Shown here piece by piece: positions 9,083 to 17,072 of a stretch of 64,000 bases of DNA. The stretch spans positions 73,559-137,558 of the forward strand of contig JAFGQU010000017.1 in the NCBI GenBank assembly GCA_016935525.1, given 5' to 3'. The notes beneath the pieces are model-generated. The model was not told the DNA's origin, ran no database searches, and saw only the letters and a program-made list of their open reading frames with translations. Source of the DNA: Candidatus Omnitrophota bacterium. Its GTDB lineage: Bacteria; Omnitrophota; Gorgyraeia; Duberdicusellales; 4484-171. Position numbers and translations under genes: made by a program. Position 1 is the stretch's first letter. Each line of letters begins with the position of its first letter.

Positions 9083-10909
9083 TTACACGTTAAACTGCAA
9101 CTCGTAGAGTTTCTTATAAATCGTGCTGCTTTCGAGTAACTGAGCGTGAGTACCTTGTTCGACTATACGGCCTTCATGTAAAACTACGATCTTATCAGCA
9201 TTTTGGACTGTAGCCAGCCGATGAGCGATGACAAACACGGTCTTACCCTGCATAAGGTGTTTAAGGGCATCCTGGATCAATTTTTCTGATTCAGAATCCA
9301 GATGGCTGGTTGCTTCATCAAGGATCAATATCGGAGCGTTTTTCAGGATCGCACGGGCAATAGAGATCCGCTGTTTTTCCCCGCCGGAAAGCCTCACTCC
9401 CCGATCACCGATCTTGGTTTGGAACTGTTCGGGAAAATTGTTGATAAATTCATAGGCATGGGCTTTCTTGGCCGCACTGATGATCTCTTCTTCGGTCGCA
9501 TCAAGTTTTCCGTAAGCGATATTCTCTGAAAGAGTCCCGTTAAAAAGGATCATTTCCTGAGAAACCACGGCGATCAATTCACGCAGCGATCTGATCGTTA
9601 CCTCGCGGACATCCTTGCCGTCGAGATAAATCGCCCCCTTGGTCACGTCATAGAGACGGGGTAAAAGATTGACCAGAGTCGATTTTCCCGCCCCGGAATG
9701 GCCGACAAAAGCCACGATATCGTTCTTTTCGACCGAAAGCTTGATATCCGAAAGCGCATTCTCTTGCGCATCCGGATAATGAAAAGAAACGTCATCAAAG
9801 ACAATGTCCCGGCTGAATTCTTTTAAATCGACTGAATCTTCTTGTTGGCGGATATGGGGTTCCTCTTCTAAAATATCATAAATACGGCGGGAGGCCGAAA
9901 GCGCCTGCTGATTGATCGAATGCACGTTCGAGAGCCTTTTGAACGGACTAATCATCGACATCAACGACCCCATGAAAAGACCGAATACCCCGAAAGAAAG
10001 CGTCCCGTTGATCACCTCACGACCGGCAATCATCAATATGACCACCGCTCCCAAAGACCCGACAAACTCGGTGAACGGAGAAAGGAACAACGTCCGTTTG
10101 ATCGTTTTGAGCATATATTTGTAATATTGAAAGTTAATGTTTTTAAACCGTTGGTTCTCATAGTCTTCCCGGCAAAACACCTTTACGATATAAGCGCCCT
10201 GAAGAGTTTCGGTAAGCAGGGAATTCAAATCCGCCATCTTTTTCTGCAGTTCCAAAGTATCTCTTTTGATCCGTTTACCGATCTTAGCCAAAGGAACAAG
10301 CAGCAAAGGGAAAAGCACTAAAGAGATAAGCGCGAGTTTCCAATAGAGATAGAACGCCAAAAACATGAACAGCATTATCTGCATCGTTTGATAGATAATA
10401 TCGGTAAGGCCGGAAGAAATAGCTTGGGTGAGAAAAGTCACGTCATTGGTAATCCGGGAGATAAGCTCTCCAGTCCGTTTCTTTGCATAGAAATCCAGAG
10501 AAAGCTCGTGCAGTTTAGCATATATCTTATTACGCACATCCCGCACACAAGCCTGCCCCACGACACTCATAAGGTAATTTTGAAGAAAAAGAGCGATCCC
10601 CTTGAATAAAAACAGCATCATTATCCCTATTGCCATACTTTTCAATATTGTATAAGGAGGAAGGGCATTTAAATGTTCGACAAAATCGGCAAGAAAAGGC
10701 GGGAGTTGTGTCGGAACAATGATTTCTTTATTAGTGAGGACCCGGTCCGATAACGGGACGATCATCCCTAAAGAGACCCCGTTAAAAAGGGTCGTCACTC
10801 CCATGCATAACGAAGCCAGAAAAAGCAAAGGAAGATGCGGTTTTACGAATCTAAGTAGTTTCAGGTATTCTTTCATCGATAGGGGCAATTTTACCACATA
10901 GATTGACAT
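9083..10909 (-). CDS. ABC exporter, fused permease/ATPase (MsbA/lipid-A-flippase-like)
   Basis: Six N-terminal transmembrane helices, then an NBD with Walker A (GHSGAGKST), the ABC signature (LSGGEKQRISIARA) and Walker B (ILILDEATSHLD). It is divergent from the lpxB locus, which is consistent with an MsbA role. Confidence 0.85.
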   Translation of the reverse strand: MSIYVVKLPLSMKEYLKLLRFVKPHLPLLFLASLCMGVTTLFNGVSLGMIVPLSDRVLTNKEIIVPTQLPPFLADFVEHLNALPPYTILKSMAIGIMMLFLFKGIALFLQNYLMSVVGQACVRDVRNKIYAKLHELSLDFYAKKRTGELISRITNDVTFLTQAISSGLTDIIYQTMQIMLFMFLAFYLYWKLALISLVLFPLLLVPLAKIGKRIKRDTLELQKKMADLNSLLTETLQGAYIVKVFCREDYENQRFKNINFQYYKYMLKTIKRTLFLSPFTEFVGSLGAVVILMIAGREVINGTLSFGVFGLFMGSLMSMISPFKRLSNVHSINQQALSASRRIYDILEEEPHIRQQEDSVDLKEFSRDIVFDDVSFHYPDAQENALSDIKLSVEKNDIVAFVGHSGAGKSTLVNLLPRLYDVTKGAIYLDGKDVREVTIRSLRELIAVVSQEMILFNGTLSENIAYGKLDATEEEIISAAKKAHAYEFINNFPEQFQTKIGDRGVRLSGGEKQRISIARAILKNAPILILDEATSHLDSESEKLIQDALKHLMQGKTVFVIAHRLATVQNADKIVVLHEGRIVEQGTHAQLLESSTIYKKLYELQFNV

Positions 10910-10931
10910 TGCTCAAGCTCTTTGCTAATAT
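10903..10931 (+). promoter_or_regulatory. Sigma-70-like promoter (TTGACA-N17-TAATAT) for the oxidoreductase-lpxB operon
   Basis: TTGACA at 10903-10908, a 17-nt spacer and TAATAT at 10926-10931. The Shine-Dalgarno sequence AAAGGAAG lies 11 nt upstream of the ATG at 10962. Confidence 0.5.
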
Positions 10932-10961
10932 AGCTTACATTATGAAAGGAAGCTGCAATAA

Positions 10962-11864
10962 ATGAACGCGGGTATTATCGGTGTCGGGAATCTTGGTTCG
11001 ATCCATCTCCGTATCTTAAGAGGCATAAAATCCGTCAAAAAAATCTATCTGGTCGATATAGATCCAGGGAAACTTCACGCGTATCCCGAAGATAAGCTTT
11101 CCGATTACCGCCAACTGAACGGTAAAGTGGACTTTGTCATCGTTGCCGTACCGACCAGCCTCCACTACCCGATCTCAAGATTTTTTCTTGAACACAAGAT
11201 CCCGGTACTGGTAGAGAAACCGCTTACCAACCGTCTGAATGAGGCGAAATCACTCATCCATCTGGCAAAAAAGCATCACACCCTTCTTGAAGTCGGACAT
11301 GTCGAACGTTATAATAATGCCCTGATCTCTTCAAAAAAGTTCATCAAATCGCCGCGATTCATCGAATGCCACCGTCTGAGCCCGTACCCCTGGCGTTCAC
11401 TGGATATAGGAGTAGTCCTCGACCTGATGATCCACGATCTTGATATCATCCTGGATATCGTAAAAGATAAAGTAAAAAAGATCGAAGCGGTAGGAGTCAA
11501 CGTCCTGTCCGGATATGAGGATATCGCCAATGCCCGGCTCACTTTTTCAAAAGGCTGTATTGCCAATATCACCGCATCGCGCATCTCTCACGAAAGATTG
11601 CGGAAATTCCGGGTATTTTCTCAAAATTCCTACCTCTCGCTGGATTATGCCAACCAGAAAGTCGACATCTACCGCAAAGAAAGCAACCGGATCGAGAAAA
11701 AATCTCTAGACATCAAAAAAGGCGAATCGCTTAAAAACGAAGACAGTGAATTCGTTCAATCGGTAAAACGCAAGATGTTTTCTCTTTCGTCCTGCAATAA
11801 AGCGATGGATGCCCTTGCTCTTGCCTTGAAAATACAGAAAATAATCGCTAAATCCACGTCATGA
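10962..11864 (+). CDS. Gfo/Idh/MocA-family NAD(P)-dependent oxidoreductase (possibly a GnnA-like UDP-GlcNAc 3-dehydrogenase)
   Basis: N-terminal Rossmann motif GIIGVGNLGSIH and an EKPL motif typical of the Gfo/Idh/MocA family. The 4-nt overlap with lpxB suggests co-transcription. Confidence 0.7.
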   Translation: MNAGIIGVGNLGSIHLRILRGIKSVKKIYLVDIDPGKLHAYPEDKLSDYRQLNGKVDFVIVAVPTSLHYPISRFFLEHKIPVLVEKPLTNRLNEAKSLIHLAKKHHTLLEVGHVERYNNALISSKKFIKSPRFIECHRLSPYPWRSLDIGVVLDLMIHDLDIILDIVKDKVKKIEAVGVNVLSGYEDIANARLTFSKGCIANITASRISHERLRKFRVFSQNSYLSLDYANQKVDIYRKESNRIEKKSLDIKKGESLKNEDSEFVQSVKRKMFSLSSCNKAMDALALALKIQKIIAKSTS

Positions 11865-13000
11865 AAAAGATCGTATTCGTTGCCGGAGATAAATCGGGAG
11901 ATGTATACGCCGGGCTCCTAAGTCAGGAGCTAAAAGAGCAGTTCAAAAACAATATCGCCATTTATTCTTTCGGGGGAGAATCGCTCGCCCAGCATTCTCA
12001 GCAATTATTGGACCTTGTCAAACATTCAGTCTCCGGGATCTTCGAAGTCGCCCGTCATTTCCGGGAAATACTGAACGTATTTCGCTTCATTTTAGACCGT
12101 ATCCGCCAGTTAAAACCGGACTTGGTCATCCTGGTCGATTTTCCCGATTTTAATCTGCGCCTGGCAAAAGAACTGCACGGAAAATTTCCGCTTTTCTATT
12201 ACATCAGTCCGCAGGTGTGGGCCTGGCGAAAGAAACGCGTGCATGATATCAAAAAGTTTGTCGAAAAGATCATTGTGCTTTTTGAATTTGAAGAAAGGTT
12301 ATATCGACAAGCCGGAGTCGATGTGTGTTATTTTGGACATCCTCTCCTTGAAATCATCGCCAGGGGACTCCCCTCTGATCCACCGCAAAGTACGCCGGAT
12401 AATACTATCCTCCTTATGCCGGGCTCACGAAAAAATGAGATCGCCAGGCATTTGCCGGTAATGCTTTCGGCAAAAAAGATCATTGAGAAACAACTTCCCG
12501 ATTATCGGTTTAAAATCGTCCGGCCGGAAAATATTCCCGAACATTTTTATCTTTCGATGATGCCCTGTTCTCTACCGATGATAAGACATTCTTATCAAGA
12601 CATGGCCGGCGCCCGGTTCATCATCACTTCATCAGGTACCGCGACTTTGGAAATAGCTATTTTAGGCACTCCGTTTTTGATCATCTACAAAGTCAATCTG
12701 GCGACCTGGGTAATCCTGAAAAATATTGTACATATCGATTTTATCGGGATGCCTAATATAATCGCCGGCAAAGAAATCGCTAAAGAACTGGTACAATTTC
12801 AGGCGACCCCTACACAGATCGCATCATTTACTCTTAAAATGCTCCGGGATGAGAATGCTTATTTGAATATTAAACATGAATTACAGGCGATAAAAGACCG
12901 CCTCCGCCCTCAATCGGCTCTTACCAATACCGCAGGTTTTCTGGGAAAATATCTGGGACTTAAACAAAGTCACACGTCACACGACACACGACACACGTAA
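11861..13000 (+). CDS. lpxB: Lipid-A-disaccharide synthase
   Basis: GT19-family homology over its length (FVAGDKSGDVYAG, ISPQVWAWR, PGSRKNEI). The last ~9 codons (SHTSHDTRHT) are encoded by the GTCACA repeat cluster. Confidence 0.88.
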   Translation: MKKIVFVAGDKSGDVYAGLLSQELKEQFKNNIAIYSFGGESLAQHSQQLLDLVKHSVSGIFEVARHFREILNVFRFILDRIRQLKPDLVILVDFPDFNLRLAKELHGKFPLFYYISPQVWAWRKKRVHDIKKFVEKIIVLFEFEERLYRQAGVDVCYFGHPLLEIIARGLPSDPPQSTPDNTILLMPGSRKNEIARHLPVMLSAKKIIEKQLPDYRFKIVRPENIPEHFYLSMMPCSLPMIRHSYQDMAGARFIITSSGTATLEIAILGTPFLIIYKVNLATWVILKNIVHIDFIGMPNIIAGKEIAKELVQFQATPTQIASFTLKMLRDENAYLNIKHELQAIKDRLRPQSALTNTAGFLGKYLGLKQSHTSHDTRHT

Positions 13001-13087
13001 GCCTGCTTTGCAGGCTTGTCACACGTCACATGTATTATTCTTCACGTGTGACTCTGTGACTATGTGACCTTGTGACCATGTGACCAT
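12969..13087. repeat. GTCACA/TGTGAC oligonucleotide-repeat composite element with a central GC hairpin, between convergent lpxB and mnmG
   Basis: Left arm is an array of GTCACAcg/gacacacg units. The central hairpin is AAGCCTGC-TTT-GCAGGCTT at 12999-13017. The right arm carries inverted units (cacgTGTGACtcTGTGACtaTGTGACctTGTGACcaTGTGACc). It probably also acts as a bidirectional terminator. Confidence 0.8.
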
Positions 13088-14909
13088 GGGTTTTGCCTTT
13101 TTGGGCTTTGACGATGTACGTATACATGATCATTACCGCGGCCGGAGTGATTCCGCTGATCGCTAACGCGTGCCCGAGCGTAGCCGGGCCAAACGCCTGA
13201 AGTTTTTCTTTTATTTCCGCCGAAAGCGAAGGGATAGATTTAAAATCAAAATCGGCCGGGATTTTGATCCGATCCATATTTTTGAGTTCTTCAGCCTGTA
13301 GAGCCTGACGGCGGATAAACGTATCATATTTTACCAGAATCTCGATCTCCCGCCGTAAAGACGGATCCGTGACTTTAAACGGGATCCTATCCTGTAATTG
13401 TTCGAAACCGACTTGCGGCCGCTTCAAATATTCAAACAGGCTTATCCGGCCCCTGTTCTCGATGAGTACGGTCTCGGTCTTAAGTACCTGCAAAGCTTTC
13501 TTTAACTGTATTTCTTTTTCTCTCAAAACCGAAAGTTCCTCTTTCCCCACTAACCCTAATTTTCCGGCAATCGCGAGTAAACGCATATCGGCGTTCGATT
13601 CCCGTAAAGAAAGACGAAATTCCGAACGGGAAGTGAACATCCGATAAGGTTCATCCGTACCGCAGCGAGTAAGGTCATCGATCAATACGCCGATAAGCGC
13701 TTGGTCACGCCTCAGGATAAACGGGTTTTGTCTTTTAATATTTAAAGCCGCGTTAATACCGGCGATTACTCCCTGAGACGCAGCTTCTTCATATCCGGTA
13801 GTACCGTTTACCTGTCCGGCAAAAAATAGCCCTTTTACCGATTTCGCCTCCAGAGTAGGATACAGTTGACGGGCATCGATCACGCCATGTTCGATGCCAT
13901 AACCGGGACGCATCAACACCGCCTGCTCTAACCCGTCAATAGTACGGATAAATTTTTCCTGGACATCAAACGGCAAAGAAGTAGACACCCCGTTAGGATA
14001 GATCTCTATCGAATCGAATCCTTCCGGCTCGATAAACACCTGATGCCGGTCGCGGTCACCGAACCGTACGATTTTATCTTCCAGGGAAGGACAGTAACGG
14101 ACCCCCCGGGCTTTGATCCGACCGGAATATAGCGGCGACCGAGAAAGGTTTTTACGAATGATCTGGTGAGTCCGCTTATTGGTATGGGTGATATAACAGC
14201 TCAATTGCCGGGAGGGAAGGCCCCGGGTATGCCGGGAAAACGGTTCTACATCGTATTCGGGCTTCTGTTCCGTCATTTTCGAAAAATCCAGAGTACGTTT
14301 ATCTAACCGGGCACAAGTCCCGGTCTTAAAATGTTTCGTTTTAAAACCAAGGCGTTTGATGTTTTTGAAAAGGTCATCGGAGGAAAGTTCATATAACCGC
14401 CCCCCGGAGAAACTTTCCAGCCCGATATGGAGAGTGCTCCTCAAAAAAGTGCCCGCGCATATGATCACCTGCCGGGCTTCGATCACCTGGCCGAAATTTG
14501 TGACTATTCCGGTAACTTTTTTATTCTTTGCTAAAATATCGTGTACCTGGACTTGCAGGATCTCGATGTTCTTTTGACGTTCAAGGTGTGTGCGGGCGGC
14601 TTCAGGATAACGAAACCGGTCGACCTGAGCCCGGGTCGACCACACCGCTTTACCTTTACTTTTGTTCAAACAACGGTATCCTATCGCGCACTCATCGGCA
14701 AGGCGGCCGATAAGTCCGCCGAGAGCATCTACTTCCCTGACCAGATGGCCTTTCGATACCCCGCCTACGGCAGGATTACAGGAAAGTTTGCCTATAGTAT
14801 CCAGGCCTAACGTCACCAGCAATACCGAAACATCAAGCTTTGCCGCAGCATAGACCGCTTCAATCCCGGCATGCCCACCTCCGACGACTATCACGTCCCA
14901 ACGTTTCAT
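13035..14909 (-). CDS. mnmG: tRNA uridine 5-carboxymethylaminomethyl modification enzyme MnmG (GidA)
   Basis: FAD-binding N-terminus (DVIVVGGGHAGIEA) and full-length GidA homology. The C-terminal ~18 aa (THGHMVTRSHSHRVTREE) are encoded by the TGTGAC repeat arm. Confidence 0.92.
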   Translation of the reverse strand: MKRWDVIVVGGGHAGIEAVYAAAKLDVSVLLVTLGLDTIGKLSCNPAVGGVSKGHLVREVDALGGLIGRLADECAIGYRCLNKSKGKAVWSTRAQVDRFRYPEAARTHLERQKNIEILQVQVHDILAKNKKVTGIVTNFGQVIEARQVIICAGTFLRSTLHIGLESFSGGRLYELSSDDLFKNIKRLGFKTKHFKTGTCARLDKRTLDFSKMTEQKPEYDVEPFSRHTRGLPSRQLSCYITHTNKRTHQIIRKNLSRSPLYSGRIKARGVRYCPSLEDKIVRFGDRDRHQVFIEPEGFDSIEIYPNGVSTSLPFDVQEKFIRTIDGLEQAVLMRPGYGIEHGVIDARQLYPTLEAKSVKGLFFAGQVNGTTGYEEAASQGVIAGINAALNIKRQNPFILRRDQALIGVLIDDLTRCGTDEPYRMFTSRSEFRLSLRESNADMRLLAIAGKLGLVGKEELSVLREKEIQLKKALQVLKTETVLIENRGRISLFEYLKRPQVGFEQLQDRIPFKVTDPSLRREIEILVKYDTFIRRQALQAEELKNMDRIKIPADFDFKSIPSLSAEIKEKLQAFGPATLGHALAISGITPAAVMIMYTYIVKAQKGKTHGHMVTRSHSHRVTREE

Positions 14910-15287
14910 GCGTTGCTCACCTTTAACCTGTTCTTTTTGATGATCCCGAAGATATATTCATAATGACAGACATTTTACCACAGAGCATAGAGAGGTCTAT
15001 AGTTATTCGACTAAGGGGAACGCCTGCGGAATAGGCGCCCACTCTCCCGTACACCGCGTTGAGGGAGACGAAGGACGACCGCTCACGTTGTTCTCTGAGT
15101 GAATTTTGTATGAACAAAATTCACAGAGGAAGCCTAAGAAATACAACCCGCATAGCCTGACTTTCGCTGGGACGCTGTATTCATTTTTCATCTCACCGTA
15201 TACTTCTAGCTTGAGGCAGATACCCGGACGACTGGGATTTATTTAAAATATATGTTTGATTTTAAAATAATTCAATGTTAATATATA

Positions 15288-16025
15288 TTGTGGTATATGG
15301 CCCAACAAGATAATACATATAGTGAGCACAGTGAGCTATTAATGGATAGGAAAAGATATTCACCTTCGTTTTCTCCTTCAGACATCAAGAGACTGGAAGA
15401 AGCTTTTCTTGACTCTCCTCCCCGCACCCAGAAACCTTCTCATAAAAAATTTTCCCGGATGCCGTTTTTTATAGTGATCGGATTGATTTTGATATTACTT
15501 ATCGTCTATTTCCGGTATTCGGTCATCTTCGTCCCGAAAATGAAACATCCCCAGCGCAGCCTGCTCAATTCGCAATACCTTGACTCTATCTCGCTTATCA
15601 GCAAAGAAGGTAAAATACAATTTGCCCAAGGGATCATTTATCTGCCGCTTCTTCCCGGGCAACCTCAAGGGTTCGTGATCAACACGAAAATGCCTCTTGA
15701 TCTGACCAAGAACGATATTTACATCCAGGGTTCATTTCTGGACGGTTCATCCGTCAAAGACAATGTAGCCATGAAAGCCATCATCCGCGACGACAAGTTT
15801 TTTTCCAACTCCCTTACTCCTCTTGAGAGAAAACTCGCCCCCGAAAGTTCCATCCAGGAAGACCGCATCATGAAACCGCTCAAACTTGACTTTCAAAACA
15901 CAACTCCGATCCTTTTAAACCTTTCCCGTATTACCCAGATCCGTTTCGAATTCTACAATCCCCGGAACACTCCCGTTTCTCTTTTAATAAAAGAAATTAA
16001 ATTAATGCGAAAGGAGGAAGAATGA
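15288..16025 (+). CDS. Hypothetical single-pass membrane protein, translationally coupled to the ParA-CBM48 gene
   Basis: A cytoplasmic N-terminus of ~55 aa is followed by one transmembrane helix (FFIVIGLILILLIVYF) and a ~170-aa extracytoplasmic domain with no recognisable motif. Its stop codon overlaps the next gene's start (ATGA). The track starts at a TTG; the ATG at 15297 is a more likely start. Confidence 0.55.
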   Translation: MWYMAQQDNTYSEHSELLMDRKRYSPSFSPSDIKRLEEAFLDSPPRTQKPSHKKFSRMPFFIVIGLILILLIVYFRYSVIFVPKMKHPQRSLLNSQYLDSISLISKEGKIQFAQGIIYLPLLPGQPQGFVINTKMPLDLTKNDIYIQGSFLDGSSVKDNVAMKAIIRDDKFFSNSLTPLERKLAPESSIQEDRIMKPLKLDFQNTTPILLNLSRITQIRFEFYNPRNTPVSLLIKEIKLMRKEEE

Positions 16026-17044
16026 AAGTCATTTCTATACTCAACCAAAAAGGTGGGTGTGGAAAAACAACAACGGCAGTCAATTTAGCCTACGCCTTGA
16101 ATAAACAGGGTTACAAGACCCTGTTGATCGACCTTGACCCTCAAGCTCATACGACTTTCTCTCTAGGGATAGCTCATGTTCTCGGAATTCCCGATCTTTT
16201 AGAAAATTACCTCGATTCCCATTGCACAGGACTTGACCAATTTCTGACTCAACGTGATCAGAATCTGTTTGTGATCACCTCTTCTATCGGGTTAAGCGCG
16301 CTTGAGCATAAATTCTCTTTACGTGAAGACAAATTGTTTGTTCTCTACAAACTCCTCAACCGTTATGCTTCGGAATACGAATATTGCATCGTCGATTGCC
16401 CCCCTAACTTAGGCGTACTCACCCTTAACGCTTATTTTGCTTCAAATTATGTCGTGGTCCCGCTTACCAACTGTGATTTCTCACTTAAAGGCATGGAAAC
16501 ACTCAATCAAATCATCGATATGACCCAGGACCTCTCGCCCACAGCTCCGGCTATTTATTACTTATTCACTCAGTATGACAAACGGTTCCGATATTCGGTA
16601 AACTTTCTCGATAAAATCAAGATCCTTCTCGGAGAAAATCTCTTAAAAACCATCATCAGGACCAATATCAGCATGAGAGAAGCCGCAGCCAACGGGCAGA
16701 CCATTTTTGAATATAAACCGTATGCCCGGGGAGCTCAAGACTATATGCTCTTAGCCGGTGAAATTGCCGAGATCACCAAAGATCAAAAATGGGCCCGGTT
16801 TGTACTTAAAGGGAAAAATTACAAAAAGGTCTATGTGGTCGGCGATTTCAATCAGTGGCAGAAATCAGAGACGTTCAAGCTGAAGAAGCTTGATTCCGAT
16901 ACCTGGTGCATCAATCTTCCGTTGCGAAAAGGAAAATACAGCTATAAATTCTGCGCGGATGAGACCTGGTGCACAGATCCGTTTAACACGTTCGAAGAAG
17001 ACGACTCGTTTGGTGGGAAGAATTCGATTCTCCACATCGAATAG
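16022..17044 (+). CDS. ParA/MinD-family P-loop ATPase fused to a C-terminal CBM48 (AMPK-beta-type glycogen-binding) domain
   Basis: The deviant Walker A NQKGGCGKTTTAVNLAYAL is typical of ParA/Soj/MinD. The C-terminal ~85 aa (KKVYVVGDFNQWQKSE...KGKYSYKFCADETWCTDPFNTFEEDDSFGGKNSILHIE) match the CBM48/AMPK1_CBM consensus (VYxxGSFNNW...GxxxYKFxVDGxWxxDP). A strong Shine-Dalgarno sequence (AAAGGAGGA) precedes the ATG. Confidence 0.8.
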   Translation: MKVISILNQKGGCGKTTTAVNLAYALNKQGYKTLLIDLDPQAHTTFSLGIAHVLGIPDLLENYLDSHCTGLDQFLTQRDQNLFVITSSIGLSALEHKFSLREDKLFVLYKLLNRYASEYEYCIVDCPPNLGVLTLNAYFASNYVVVPLTNCDFSLKGMETLNQIIDMTQDLSPTAPAIYYLFTQYDKRFRYSVNFLDKIKILLGENLLKTIIRTNISMREAAANGQTIFEYKPYARGAQDYMLLAGEIAEITKDQKWARFVLKGKNYKKVYVVGDFNQWQKSETFKLKKLDSDTWCINLPLRKGKYSYKFCADETWCTDPFNTFEEDDSFGGKNSILHIE

Positions 17045-17072
17045 AAAAACCTGTTATTTGTAACGAAAAGAC

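Noticed and set aside
14910-15290. Possible oriC next to mnmG (gidA), as in E. coli
   Set aside because: No clear DnaA boxes (TTATCCACA/TGTGGATAA) were found. Only an AT-rich stretch that is better explained as a promoter for the downstream gene. dnaA/dnaN are not in the window.
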